DNA of 64,000 nt from Octopus vulgaris (lineage: Eukaryota). Below the pieces are notes generated by a model that worked only from the letters and a program-made list of their open reading frames with translations, was not told where the DNA came from and searched no databases. A program made the position numbers and the translations under genes. Position 1 is the stretch's first letter; each line of letters begins with the position of its first letter. Below are positions 13,070-29,900 of the stretch, one piece after another. The DNA lies in NCBI GenBank assembly GCA_951406725.2, contig OX597816.1:140244001-140308000 (forward strand). The letters run 5' to 3'.

Positions 13070-13450
13070 ACCAGCAGATGTTCAACATAACTTCGCATCG
13101 CATGCAATGCTCGAGTACTATACGAACGCGTGTAGGATGGTTTCATCGGTCCGCATGCATCTTCAGTATGCGCTGCTAACAGTACTACCATGTCTGTAGC
13201 GTTTATCCCTAACCAGCAATGTCCTTCCTCCAACCATGTAACACTGCCGAGCCAAGGAATTTTGAAAATTATCCATGCGCCCTGGCCTGAAAGTCCTCTG
13301 GAAAAGACCAGTTGATCCTAATCGACGGCCAAAGTTTCTCCAAGGAACGTCGTCGCACTTGCCGACCACCAACCTATAGAATGCCATAGTGGAACAACCA
13401 CCGACCACAATGCCCGATCGGCAGAGCGCCTGACGGCACTCATTGTGTCG
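13070..13450 (-). mobile_element. Tx1/L1-like LINE fragment
   Basis: Reverse complement resembles the 47500-47750 part of the Tx1-like element (caagtgcgacgacg..., catggataattttcaaaattcc). Confidence 0.55.
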
Positions 13451-13504
13451 GGTACCCTACGTTAGTTGGGCTACGCTTGATCTAGGACTACAGCTCGGTC
13501 AAAT

Positions 13505-14714
<1,210 letters not shown>

Positions 14715-14718
14715 TGTA

Positions 14719-16320
<1,602 letters not shown>

Positions 16321-16345
16321 AATAATAATAATAATGATAATAATA

Positions 16346-16380
<35 letters not shown>

Positions 16381-16408
16381 AATGATGATGATGATGATGA
16401 TGATAATG

Positions 16409-16477
<69 letters not shown>

Positions 16478-16478
<1 letters not shown>

Positions 16479-17190
16479 GTGGAATATAAATTAAGAGTGG
16501 AGTATAAATTAAGAGTGGAGTATAAATTAAGACATGATAGAGTTGGCCAATATCTCCACTGGCTAATAAGTCGGCATTACAATATCAAAACTGCCGACAA
16601 GTGGTATAATCACCACCCTGAGGCTGTAACTGAAGGAGAAAATGTAACCATTCTGTGGGACTTTCCAGTACATACAGACCGAACCATCAAGGCCAATAAA
16701 CCAGATATTGTTGTGAAAGACCAAAACAATAAAGTTTGCTTATTGATCGACATGAGCATCCCCTGTGATCATAATATCTCAGCGAAAGAGTTTGACAAGC
16801 TCAGAAAATATAAAGACCTACTCATTGAAATTGAGAAAATGTGGCATCTCAAGGCGGTTACAATACCAGTGATCATAGGAGCACTAGGAATGATCAAGAA
16901 GGGAACCGAAAATTATATGAGAATGATCCCTGGCTTACCATCCCTGCAAGAAGTGCAAAAGATTGTCTTAACTGGTACATCACACGTATTGAGAAGAGCA
17001 TTGTCGATGTGAGAACTGTTGCTGCTCATGTATTTTAATTTAACTTAAAAAAAAAAATAAAAAAAAATAAACGAACTACTGAGTTTGGTTTAATGGCCTA
17101 CCAATATACACTATGAGTTTCTTTGCCCCAGGAGTCGGGAAGACACTCGGCAAGAAATGGAAGAAAATTTGAAAGAAGAAAAAAAAAAGT
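16478..17190 (+). mobile_element. R4/Dong-like 3' fragment (subfamily A) with open RLE-domain frame
   Basis: ORF 16479-17012: RHDRV...ILWDF...KPDIVV...LID...KYKDL...PVIIGALG. Confidence 0.9.
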
Positions 17191-17207
17191 AATAATAATA
17201 ATAATAA

Positions 17208-17777
<570 letters not shown>

Positions 17778-17820
17778 AAGAAGAAGAAGAAGAAGAAGAA
17801 GAAGAAGAAGAAGAAGAAGA

Positions 17821-18500
17821 ATAGACAACACATCAGGAAGTGATAAGTGCAGAATTTCTGGACAAAATGGTGAAACCGTATGGCATATCACCCTATTACC
17901 TGTCAATGTACGCCACTAGCTCAGAAGGAATATAAAAGACATCAGGACAATATAGCAACGCTTGTCCACTGGAGACTTAGCAATAAGTATGAACTTGACA
18001 GCAAAAATTTGGTACGACCGTAAAACCGAAGGCATCATCGGAAATGATAATGCAAAATTCCTGTGGGATTTTATGATTCAGTGCGACCCTGAGATAGAGA
18101 ATATGAAACCGGACATAGTCTTAATTGAGAAAGAAAGCAAACTATGCTGGATCATACATATAGCATACCCAGATGACAACAAGGTATGCGATAAGGAAGA
18201 AAGAAAAGTCAATTGATATGACAGGTTAGTTTGGAAGGTTAAGAAGTTGTAGTCGATGAAAAAGGTGGTAGTAGGACCAATAATTGTCGGAGCCCTGGGA
18301 ACAGTGACTAAAAATCTTCAGAAGTACATGGAACAAATAGGGACTGCAATAAGGGTGGAGCACTTGCAGAAAACAACACTGCTTGGAACCGCACGAATAC
18401 TCCGGAAGGTGCTCGAAAAATAAGGGGTGTTACCTTAGTTCACTGGTAGTGAACAGCTGACACCGTAGTACATCTTCAGCGTTAGAAGCTGTGCAAAGGC
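17821..18500 (+). mobile_element. R4/Dong-like 3' fragment (subfamily D), degenerate
   Basis: FLWDFMIQCD...KPDIVLIEK, PIIVGALG and LLGTARILR motifs. Confidence 0.82.
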
Positions 18501-18584
18501 AATAATAATAACAGCAACAACAACAACAACAATAATAACAACAACAACTACAACAACAACAGCAACAACAACAACAACAACAAC

Positions 18585-18643
<59 letters not shown>

Positions 18644-19329
18644 TAATAATAATAATAATAACAATGGTAAAAGTGTTATCGGGTACGTGTTTTGTCTTGG
18701 TATAAAAGTTGGGCTATAGTAAATATCCTGCCCAATATCACAGATTTGCTTGTCAGTTGTTTGACTTTAATCATTTTAGCATACCTTTTGGTGAATGACA
18801 ATATGTGCATTTTAGACCATGAGCAGGAGTAGTGGTGGGGGCATCATAGCCTTCTGTTGAGAGGAATTCACCCTTGGAAACATAAGTGTTTCGTTCATCA
18901 TCCTTAGACAAACCTTATCCAGGTATCTTTTGACCTCCAATTTACAGACACATACTCAGAGTAGGCCCACTCCTCACTCGGGTCATGCTCACCTCTCCCA
19001 CCCACCTTTCAACAAATTGCATGAAAGGCAACACTGCCCTCTCCACCCTGATTTTTATCTTCAAATGAAATCTGTAAAACTTAATCAGGACTTCGCCAAA
19101 AAAGAAAGTGCTAGTCTTGAGCCCTTTCAAATGCATCCACCACACGACCTATTTCGTCATGACCATCATGCAGATAAAAACTAACTGCCCTTCCCGGTTA
19201 AAGAGAAGCGGTGGGGCAGTCTTCACGATGGACTCAGCAGATAGCTGGATCTGACCCACATGCGTCTGTAGATGTTTAACATAAACCCACATTGCTACGG
19301 TGAACGAAAAGGAAAAACATGATAATTGA

Positions 19330-19680
19330 CATAGCATGTTCTATTGACAACAGGATCGAAGAAAAAGAGAAGAAAAAGCTAACAACTATGATGAATTGAA
19401 GTGAGAAATACGCAGGTTGTTGGCAATGAAGCGATCAGACGTGTTACCAATAGTGATTGGCTCGCTTAGAAGTATCGGTTCTCAACTACCAGCGTGGTTC
19501 AAAAAGATTGGAACAAATGTAAAGATAGAACGCCTACAAAAATCATTGCTTGGAACTACAATCGTACTTTGCAAGGTTCTTGAAGCATGGTCAGAAAACA
19601 AGTGTCACCTTAGTTAGGTGGCTTTGGACAGCTGACACTTTCCATCCTGTCCAACAAAATAAGCTGAGAGTTTTCATGAA
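19330..19680 (+). mobile_element. R4/Dong-like 3' fragment
   Basis: LPIVIGSL...LQKSLLGT C-terminal motif. Confidence 0.65.
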
Positions 19681-19744
19681 ATAATTATAATAAATATTCT
19701 AAAGGCAAATAGCAATATATTAATATAACGCAAATAATATCAGC

Positions 19745-22400
19745 TTCAAATTTTGGCTCAAGGACACTAATTTGGGGGAAAGGATAAGTCAATTACATCC
19801 ACTCGAGTACTAAACTAGTACTTATTTTATTGACCACGGATGGATGAAAGGTAAAATCAACGTCGGCGGAATTTGAACTCAGAACGTAAAGACAAACGAA
19901 ATGCCGCTAGATATTTTACCCGCCGTGCTAACGATTCTGCCAGCTCCCCACCTTTAAAGAATGACATTATTGCTTTCAAATTTGAGCAGAAGGTCAGCTG
20001 TTTCAGGGAAGGAGGCTAAGACGATTACATCGTTCCCAGTACTCGACTGGTACTTGTTTTATCGACACCGAAAGGATGAAAGGCAATTTGAACTCCGAAT
20101 GAAAAGACCGACGAAATGCTGTTTGGATATTGTGCCCGGCGTGCTAACGGTTCTGCCAGCTCGTTGCCTTTAAACGATAACAGTATCAACATGATGTAAG
20201 GCGGCGAGCTGGCTGAATTGTAAGCGCATCGGACAAAATGATTAGCGGCATTTCGTCCGTCTTTGCATTGAGAGAGAGAGAGAGAGAGAATTTAGGTAAA
20301 CTTTTTAACTTTCTGGAAGCTGAAGTTTCTTGCCACCGAAGTGAAGCCAACTATTCAACCAGAATTCAAATCTCAAATGACATTCCATCATCGTCGCTAA
20401 TAAGATAATACCACGAGTTGACAACATTAGTGTAGTTTTTCGCACATAAATGTGCAAGGAACAAAAACAACAATTATCCAAGGATTTCACAAATAATTGT
20501 TTCCCTTGTTGCAGCGCAGTATAAAAATTTAGATTAGTATGACTAGGTGGTCGTAATTAGCATTGATATTCTTTAAAAAAACGTAGCAGGAGCAAATTCT
20601 TTCTAATTTTAGCACAAGACCAGTAATCGATTATATCGAGCCTAGTACTCAACTGGTACTTATTTTATCGATCCCGAAATAATGAAAACAAAGTTAACCT
20701 CCACGGAATTTGAACTCTCGGTGTAAAAAGAAGGAAGACATGCCACTAAGCATTATGTCCGATATACTAAAGATTCTGCCAGCTCACCGCTTCTAAACAG
20801 GAAAAAAATAATGATTTCAATTTTTGGCAGAAGGCCAGTAGTTTCTGGGGAATGGTAAGTTGATTACCTCGACTCCAATACTCAGTTGATACTTATTTTA
20901 TCGCCCCCACCCCGAAAAGATGAAAGACAAAGTCGACATTGGCGGAATTTGAACTCAGAGCGTAAAGACAAACGAAATACTGCCCGGCGGGCTAACGATT
21001 CTGCCAGCTCCCCACCTTTAAAGAATGACAGTATTGCTTTCAAATTTGAGCAGAATGTCAGCTGTTTTAGGGAAGCGGGATAAGACGATTACATCGTTCC
21101 CAGTGTTCGACTGGTACTTGTTTTAGCGACTCTGAAAGGATGAAAGGCAAAGTCGACCTCAGTGGAATTTGAACTCAGAACGTAAAGACGGACTAAATGC
21201 TGTTTGGAATTTTGCCCGGTGTGCTAACGGTTCTGCCAACTCGGCGCCTTTGAACGTCGACAATATTAACATGAAGTAAGTCGGCGAGCTGGCAGAATCG
21301 TTAGCACGCCGGGCAAAATGCGTAGCCGTATTTCGTCTGCCGTTACGTACTGAGTTTAAATTCATCCGAGGTCGACTTTGCTTTTCATCCCTTTCGGGGC
21401 TGATAAATTAGGTACCAGTTACGCACTGGGGTCGATGTAATCGACTTAATCCGTCTGTCTGTCCTTGTTTGTCTCCTCTGTGTTTAGCCCCTTGTGGGTA
21501 GTAAAGAAATAGGTATTTCGTCTGACGCTACGTTCTGAGTTCGAATTCCACCGAGGTCGACTTTGACTTTCATCCTTTCGGGGTCGATAAATTAAGTACC
21601 AGTTACGCACTGGGGTCGATGTAATCGACTTAATCCGTTTGTCTGTCCTTGTTTGTCCCCTCTGTGTTTAGCCCCTTGTGGGTAGTAAAGAAATAGGAAT
21701 TTCGTCTGCCGCTACGTTCTGAGTTCAAATTCCGCCGAGGTCGACTTTGACTTTCATCCCTTTCGGGGTCGATAAATTAGGTACCAGTTATGCACTGGGG
21801 TCGATATAATCGACTTAATTCGTTTGTCTGTCCTTGTTTGTCCCCTCTATGTTTAGCCCCTTGTGGGTAGTAAAGAAATAGGAATTTCGTCTGCCGCTAC
21901 GTTCTGAGTTCAAATTCCGCCTGTCATCCTCTCGGGGTCAATAAATTAATTACCATTTGCGTACTGGGGTCGATGTAATCGACTGGCCCCCTCTTCCAAA
22001 ATTTCGAGCCTTGTGCCTAGAGTAGAAAAGAAGTAAGGCGGCGAGCTGGCTGAATCGTTAGTACTCCGGGCAAAACGTTTAGCAGCATTTCGTCCGTTCT
22101 TACGTTCTGAGTTCAAATTCCACCGAGGTCGACTTTGCCTTTCGTCCTTGCGGGGTCGATAAATTAAGTACCAGTTGAGCATTAGGGTCGATGAAATTGA
22201 TACATCTCCCACCCCAAAATTGCTGGTCTTATGCCTAAATTTGAAATCGACATAACGTGAAATATAACTTCTCTTGGATTTGTGACTATTACATCAACTC
22301 ACATCCGAGAGTAGAAGATATCTCATATCTCATGGACAAATAACGGGCGAAATACTGCTAAACATTTTGTCCAGCGTGCTAACGATTCTGCCAGCTCAGA
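19745..22400. mobile_element. Dense cluster of SINE family 1 copies (both strands), including a ~185-bp tandem array at 21281-22030
   Basis: Roughly a dozen recognisable copies or units of the family 1 sequence. Confidence 0.88.
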
Positions 22401-23289
22401 ACTTTCTGACAGCAATGGAATAATATTAGAGAATAGGACAAAATAAATATTAGAAGAATTGGTATAAAAGCTTGTATAGGCGTCAGTCTAAGGAAACATA
22501 TTAAATCTTATAGCCAAATATGTTAATTCATCCATGCAAGTAGGGAGTGGGCGTGTGCATCCTCCCCTGGTTGCATATGTGTGGTGAGTGTGTACTTATA
22601 TTTCACTTATACCCCCATGGCTCATTCCTCTCATTGTATAGTGCCGTTGGTGATCTAAAATTAGGAATCGAAATGAAGTCTTTGGTGAGCAGAGGTATGG
22701 TCCGGGGCCAAGAACGTCGGAAGTCACAACTGTCACAGGTGAGAGATCGATACCTTAATAGTTTGCTTTTCTCAGCCTTATTAGCAATGAAGCCTGGGTT
22801 GAGAGCCGACAACACCAAATTGCCACTGGAGAAGCTGTCACAACGTGTGGAATCCCAGATGAGGGGCCTACCGCCATGGAATGGGAAAATTGCCCATATT
22901 TCAATTATACCCCATAGCTCATTCTCCCCATTCAATAGGGTCATTAGCAATCTATAAGTAGGAGTCGTTATGAAGTCTTTGCAACGATGTAGCAGATTGT
23001 AAGGTTCATTCAAATGTATTCTGTGGAATGTATGCAAGTTTTGTGGTTGAGTGGGAATCTGTATATGGATGGCAGTATTTTACACACAACCTCATCGCTC
23101 CCTCCCCATTGTGTCACTAGAGAGGTGTAATGTCAGTGTTTTAGAATACTGACGTTTTGAGGAGTTATAAAAAAGCTTAAAGATCCCTCCCGAGCTCATA
23201 AAGCCGGTTTCCCTGATTATGTGTCGTATATGCAAACGTGGATGGGCTGCATCTATTCAAACATGTATTTTGTTTTATTCCATTCTCCT

Positions 23290-23630
23290 CTCTACTCTAA
23301 CGCGGAGGTATTGTTTTCAGTCGTGTTTGTTTGTTTGTTTGTCCGTGGACAAGATATCTCAAAAACCGTTGGATGGAGTCGGTTGAAACTTTCAGGGATG
23401 TTTGGCTTCATGACCGGATTTTAGGATCGATCAGGTACCGGATAAAGATTCTGGATCATTTTTCCGGGATTTTTACTTAATTTTTGAGAAAGGTCGGGTT
23501 CATTTTTAGTATTCTCATTTGTGAGAGGAGTTGAATTTAAGATAGTATCATTTTAAAAATCATATCCAGTTAATCGTTGAGAGGATGTTGGTATTCCCTT
23601 GACGGAAATTTGCGCTCTCTGAGAGCTCTT
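23290..23630 (+). mobile_element. Helentron-associated (HINE/DINE-like) non-autonomous repeat
   Basis: gcggaggtattgttttcagtcgtg(tttg)n...gaaactttcaggg...tgcgctctctgag layout resembles this class; judged by pattern only. Confidence 0.45.
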
Positions 23631-23661
23631 GTGACAGTTATTTTTAAAATTCTCAAAAGAC

Positions 23662-24070
23662 CTGGCTGTATAGTTGAGAAGCTTTCTTCCTAACCAAATG
23701 GTCTTGGGTTCATTCCCATTTGGGCAAGCGCTTTCTACTGTAGCTCCGGGCCGCCGAAAACCTTGTCAGTGAATTTGGTAAGCAGAAACAAAAACAAACA
23801 AACCCATCGTATATGAATGTATATGTGTGTACGTGCGCGCGCGTCTTTTTGTGTCTTTGTGTGTCAATTGTTTTTCTCCCTCACCACGCACTGCTTGACA
23901 ATCGGTGTTGATTTATTTACCTCCCTGTAACTTAACGTTTCGGCAAAAGAAACTGACAGAATAAATACCAGACGGTAAAAAGTACTAGTGGCAATTTGTT
24001 TTGGCATAGATCCTTTAAGGCGGTACCCCAGCATGGCTGCAGTGCAACCATCGAAACAAGTAAAAGATAA
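23662..24070 (+). mobile_element. SINE family 3, diverged
   Basis: Collinear with 58809-59217. Confidence 0.75.
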
Positions 24071-25118
24071 ATATGAAAGTCTGAACCAGTCAATGCTCAA
24101 CAAACATTAGGTTCATCTAATATAAATCTATATACCAATGCTATACTCCACCGCTACTCATTAATGTTCTACTTTTAGAGGACGTTAGAATAAGTACCAG
24201 GCTTTAGGAAAATAAGTACTGGGGTCGATACATTTGACTAAAAATTCTTCAAGAATTTTGGTTTAAGCATCCCATATAACCCACCCCCATAATTTTTCTA
24301 TTTTTTGGAATTTTCAGGAAAATGTCTGCGAATTTGTCTTCTACACATGGAAATTCATAAGATTATGCAAAAACAATTTTTGTGTGTTTCAGGCAATTTA
24401 GCCGTTGTTTCCTCATTTCTTTGTCACTTTGAGGTATTGATATTGTTCAAGAGTGGAATTTAAGCAAAAAGTTCTGAGTGTCTGTATTTTAAACTCTAAT
24501 TAAAAAAAAAGAGAAATGGGAAATTTTAGTATTTATGGGGTTTAAAAATAATTTTTAATATTTTTTTTTCCTACAACAAACGTATGAATTTCAGTGCATA
24601 GAACACATATTCGCAAAAAATTTCTGAAAACTCCAAAAAATAAAAGCCGTAACTACCTACTACCTTCATTTCTACCCTTTGTTGTATTTTTTTAAATCGG
24701 AGTTTAAAATATGGACAGTCCGAATTTTTAGCTCAAATCCTACCCTTGAGTGTATCATCATTCCACTAAATGTGGAAAAATATTGAAAAATATTAATACG
24801 TGCCAGTGACAAAGACACGAAGAAAGTTTCAGGTGGTCGTGAGATGTGCTAAAATAACAGCTAAATCGCCCAAAACATAAAAAAAAAGTTATATGCAAAC
24901 TGATTTAAGTGATGATAAATAACAGCAATATTATATTTATCAGTAATGGATTAAAATAATTGTAAATTTTTTTTCTTAGAACGTATATTAAAATACCAGT
25001 TATAGATGATATGAAAACTTTCTGACCTTTACCCTAAAAAACTGACTCGGAGATCAGTCTTGCGAAAATATATTGAAATCAACTTCTTGCCAAGAACTGA
25101 GATGTTTCTGGTCTGAAT

Positions 25119-25126
25119 TCTCTCTT

Positions 25127-25184
<58 letters not shown>

Positions 25185-25187
25185 CTT

Positions 25188-25245
<58 letters not shown>

Positions 25246-25291
25246 GTATATGTATGCATACATAGAAATATATATAGCCACACATATAACG

Positions 25292-25344
<53 letters not shown>

Positions 25345-25500
25345 GTGTATGTGTGTGTATATCTGTGTGCATAGATAGCTAGACAGTCAGACAAATAGAT
25401 AAATGTATACAAACGTGCATACAAACACACACACACACATGTATGTATGTATGTATGTATGTATGTATGTATGTATGTATGTATGTATGTATTATGTATG
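25119..25500. repeat. Compound (CT)n/(CA)n/(TA)n/(TATG)n microsatellite
   Basis: Directly visible. Confidence 0.95.
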
Positions 25501-25509
25501 TATAAAGTG

Positions 25510-27290
25510 AAAGGGGTAGAGTGGACTTGTCGTGAAGAGTAGAATATCCAACGTTTCGGATCCAATCCTTTGTCAGGAGTAGATAAAAAGAGAAGTTGAA
25601 AAAAGACAGTTTTTCATCCTCTGGTTGCAACTGATAATGGATGCAGAATAACACGAGCTACTAACGTGAAACAGAAGTTATAGGAGAGGGCGTGCAGAAA
25701 GGAAGAGGAAAAGGGTGGTGGAGAGAGTAAAGGTAAGTAAATACGAGAATGTTGCAGAGAGAGAGAGGGTGGAAGGTGGATTAAAAAGGTAAAAAAAATG
25801 AATTAAGAGGAGGTGAAAGGATGAAAGGAAAAACGTTCATTCACACTTGTCGGGGACATAGAGAAGCGGGGACTGTGGTGCAAGACCATACCACACACTG
25901 ATAAATCTGTAATAGAATACTTCACAGCGTTGAAGTGGATTGCAATAGGTTGACCTGGCATACATAACATTATGTTTCTGATATGTTCGCGAAAGTGATC
26001 CCTAAGGCGTCGCCCTGTTTCTCCAATGTAAAGAGCACCACAGAGTTTGAATATGATTCGCCGAAGGGCAACAGAAGTGGTGTGTTATGTGATATTGCTT
26101 CTTGGGCCCTGTGATGGTGATAATATTGTTGATGTAGGGGCATGTGTTAAATCGTCGGTGAGAACATTTAAAAGTTCCTGGTTGTGTGGAGCTGGGAGGT
26201 GTGAAGCTTCTAACAAGAAGATTTCTAAGACTCCTATCTTTTTTAAAAGATAGGAGAGGTGATGTTGGAAAGATAGGGGCAGTTGTTGGGTTAGAAAGAA
26301 GAATGCGAAAGTTGCGGGTGTGTGCATTTTAGAGGGAGGATGGACGGGTGGTAAGTGAGAGATATTGGAATACAGTTGGCAGAAGTGCGTGAAGGCGATA
26401 GGAGAGCTGCGGAGTGGTTGATGTCTCGAGCTCGGTGGAGAGCCGGGTCGACAAATGATGGAAGATACCCTCGATTCAGAGAAAAAACTGTCGCATCGTT
26501 TTGCAATGGGATTCGAAATCCGATTCGATGCTGCAAAGTCGTCGAAGGCGAAGAAATTGAGAGGAAGGTATGGTAGATTTAATATGTTTAGGGTGAGAGG
26601 AAGAGTATTGGACATAGGAGTGGGAGTCAGTAGATTTATAGCAGACAGAGGCGGAAAGGTGGGTATTGTGTATTGTGACGGAGATGTCCAGAAAGCAAAC
26701 AGAAGTATCAGATATTGTGTGGGAGAATTCCAAGGCTAGGTGAAAGGTACTAACGAAAGAAAGAAAATTGTCGAGCTGTTGTCTGTTAAGGCTTGTGATG
26801 CCAATACAGTCATCGATGTAACAACCATACAGCTCTGGGATAGGTCCAGAGAAGTGAACAAAAATTTGCTCTTCTACATAACCTACAAAGGGTTTGGCAT
26901 AATCGGGGCCTATCCTGGTGCCCATAGCAACACCGCTGGACTGCTTATAGAATTCACCAGAGAAGGGAAAATAATTGAGTGTTAAAACGAGCTCGTCTAA
27001 GCGGAGGTAGTGTTGGGTTCAGGTACAGAACGACGGTCTAAGAAGTGTTTCAGTGCTAGTAGACCGTCGTTGTGAGGGATGACTGTGTACGAAGATTTAA
27101 TGTCCATGGTAAAGAGGAGTTTGAATTCATCAGGTGGGAAAGAAAATGCATTGAAGAGGTGTAGTGCATTGTTACTATCTTTGATATGCGAAGATAGGGC
27201 AGCGATGAGAGGGGATAAAAGTCTGTCGCGATAAGAAAATAAGAGTTCTGTGAAGCAAGTGAAAGCAGAGACAATAGAGCGGCCTACCCT
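25510..27290 (-). mobile_element. Penelope-like element (RT + GIY-YIG), degenerate, with 3' hammerhead-like motif
   Basis: MGTRIGP..YIDD..FLDI..YKSTDSHSY..SSHP..SQFLRLRRLCS RT motifs; LCGALYIGETGRRLRDHFREH GIY-YIG segment at ~25981-26046; hammerhead-like motif at 25544-25582. Confidence 0.9.
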
Positions 27291-27479
27291 GATTTATGTT
27301 TGTAGTACTATGGTCTTCAATAAATATTCTCTGGGGAACAGTGAACCGTGTTCTTTGAGACCAATTCTAAGTATGTGTGCGCGCGCTGTGTGTCTATGTT
27401 CGTGATTAAGCACTTAGCCAGCTGCTGTCGCTAGTCAATGTGTCTGGGACACTTTTGAAAGAACTGGTGTATGTGTGCG

Positions 27480-27514
<35 letters not shown>

Positions 27515-27532
27515 ACGCGTGTGTGTGTGTGC

Positions 27533-27564
<32 letters not shown>

Positions 27565-28914
27565 GTATTTTTCCATCTTAAACTGAGTGTCAACAATACA
27601 TTCACTGTGTTGTTTTTGTTTATATTTTTGATTTGCCCAAGGAATCTAATGCTCTTAGTTTAGTTATTTCTTGGGGCTGGCCAGATTGGAGCAATCTTGA
27701 GTATAACCAGCAGAAATTGCAAAGATAATCTGGAACGCGACTGAGGAAAGAAAACTGCGAATGACCCGTCCTTGTTTTCTTTGTATTGTCTATCTGGATG
27801 TTTTGTTGTCCCTTTCTTGTATCACCTAACTGTCTGGATGTTTTGCGTTCTTGTCCCATTTTGTATTTTTTATATATACATACATATATACATATACTGT
27901 GATTACTTTGGGTACCACTGGCCAGCTATGCCTACCCTGTTCTTTGATACCAAAGCCAAGTATGTGTGTGAATGTGTGTACGTATTCTTATAATTTTATT
28001 GCTGCTATTGTTGTTGTCGTTGTTTCTTCTCAGTATTATTTCTTTCATATTTCTAGAGAATCAGCAAGGAAATTTTAGGACCAGCCTCACATATATGTTT
28101 TGTCTTTTTTTAAATAATGTTTTCTTTATTCTTGTTTTGAAAAGTAAAGTAGTAAACAAATTAGTAAAGACAAATTTCTAGCAACATATGCCGGGGTGTT
28201 TTTTAAACAAGTTTCTTAGTCTCATATCACCATTGTACAGGGTCCGCATTGCAAACTACTGGTCTAAAGCACAATTTTTCATGGCCCCTAAAAAATTATC
28301 GTGGAATCCAATTTTCTGCATTTTATCTGTGGGTCTCCAGAAATTTTGTATGGACCCCAGTTGGGAATCCCTGATGTAAACTATACTGACCAATTTTTAC
28401 TCCCAACTACATAACCTATACTGACCAAATTGTATTCCCAAAGATGATGAAATAGTACAAAATGAGAGAAAATAACAATTAATCAGAAATTATTCATTTT
28501 GACACAGTTACCAATTTTGCCCCACTTCCATATAGTAATTCCAAGTGTTTGACAGGATGACGAAAAATATATGAAAAAAATAAGAAAGAAAAAGGTTTGA
28601 TTTAATGAAAACTTTGAATAGATTATGCAATAATTCGAAGGCTGAAAAAGCATGCTTTTAGCTGTTGAGAGATGTAATTTTATAATTAAAACTAAGTTCA
28701 AATGTTTTCTTTATTTGCTTCATAAAATAAGACTAGTTTTCAAAGTCTCATTGAAATAAGTTTAGAACTAGAAATGTGTGTGTGTGTGTGCCTTTAATCG
28801 CTCGCTATTTTCCTATCAATCTCTTTATCTTTATATACATTCATACGTTTACGCACACACAAACACACATAGATTTACAGATACATGCATACATATATAC
28901 AGACAGACAGATAT

Positions 28915-29900
28915 GATGACAGTAACATCGATCATCAAAGCAGTCTATCATGGACGAATAGCCGGATTATTACTTTCCACTTTGAAGAGTATGCATTTGC
29001 AATCCAGGAACATAATATATCAACCTAATGCACAAAAGATGCGGGAAAAACCGTAAAATGTGACAACCGATGCAAACTTTGTGGAGTTCGCACTGAAGAT
29101 ATCACCCACATCATAAGCAGTTGTCTGAAAATGTCATCACGGTATTATCTACCCATGAGACATGACGTTGTAGCTAGGACACTATAACGAAATCCACTGG
29201 AAAGATAATCCCGAGGACAAAGAAATAAAAACCCACAATATGGTAGAAGTCATAGCCACTCATAATGAAAAGGAATACTGGTGGAATGTACCAGTGAAGA
29301 CCTCAATAAAATGTAAGCACAACAGACATGATATAGTGATTTGGGATGGAGAAGAGAAACTGTGCACAGTTGTAGAAATTAGCTGCCCAGTGGATGTTAA
29401 CATAAAGCTGAAGATCAGTGAAAAAGAGAACACCTATGCTGAACTATTGAAAAATCTACAGTTACTATATCCAGATTACAAGTTCAGATTTATACCTGTA
29501 ATTATTGGGGCCCTGGGATATGTAACACATTGCCTAGATACCAATCTTGAGAAATTAGGCTTCTAAGAACCAGAAAGGAGAAAGCTAATTCGAAGGCTAC
29601 AGGTCCAATCCATCACTGGAACTGTAAAAATCTGTGTAAAACTTTCCAGAAGTTTATCATTTAAATATATATGAGCATGTCTAGATATGCAACTCTATGT
29701 ATGAGAGTTACAAATCTGCACATACATACATACATACATACATACATACATACATACATACATACATACATACATACATACATACATGCCAAACATACAA
29801 AATACCCTGTTGTTGATGTTGAAATTCCAGTGAAGGAACCTTGGATCTAGGTTAGAAACCTGATCTTTCTCTATTGGCAAGAACTCTTGAAATAAACTGA
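28915..29900 (+). mobile_element. RLE-type (R4/NeSL-like) LINE 3' fragment in (TACA)n context
   Basis: CKLC...HIISSC...RHD, RHDIVIWD...VVEISCP...PVIIGALG; 3' end runs into (TACA)n. Confidence 0.82.

Noticed and set aside
21281-22030. CRISPR-like array
   Set aside because: Whole ~185-bp units repeat with no unique spacers; eukaryotic SINE origin.
22547-23037. Overlapping 136-aa and 144-aa ORFs on opposite strands
   Set aside because: No recognisable motif or splice support; probably a decayed repeat.
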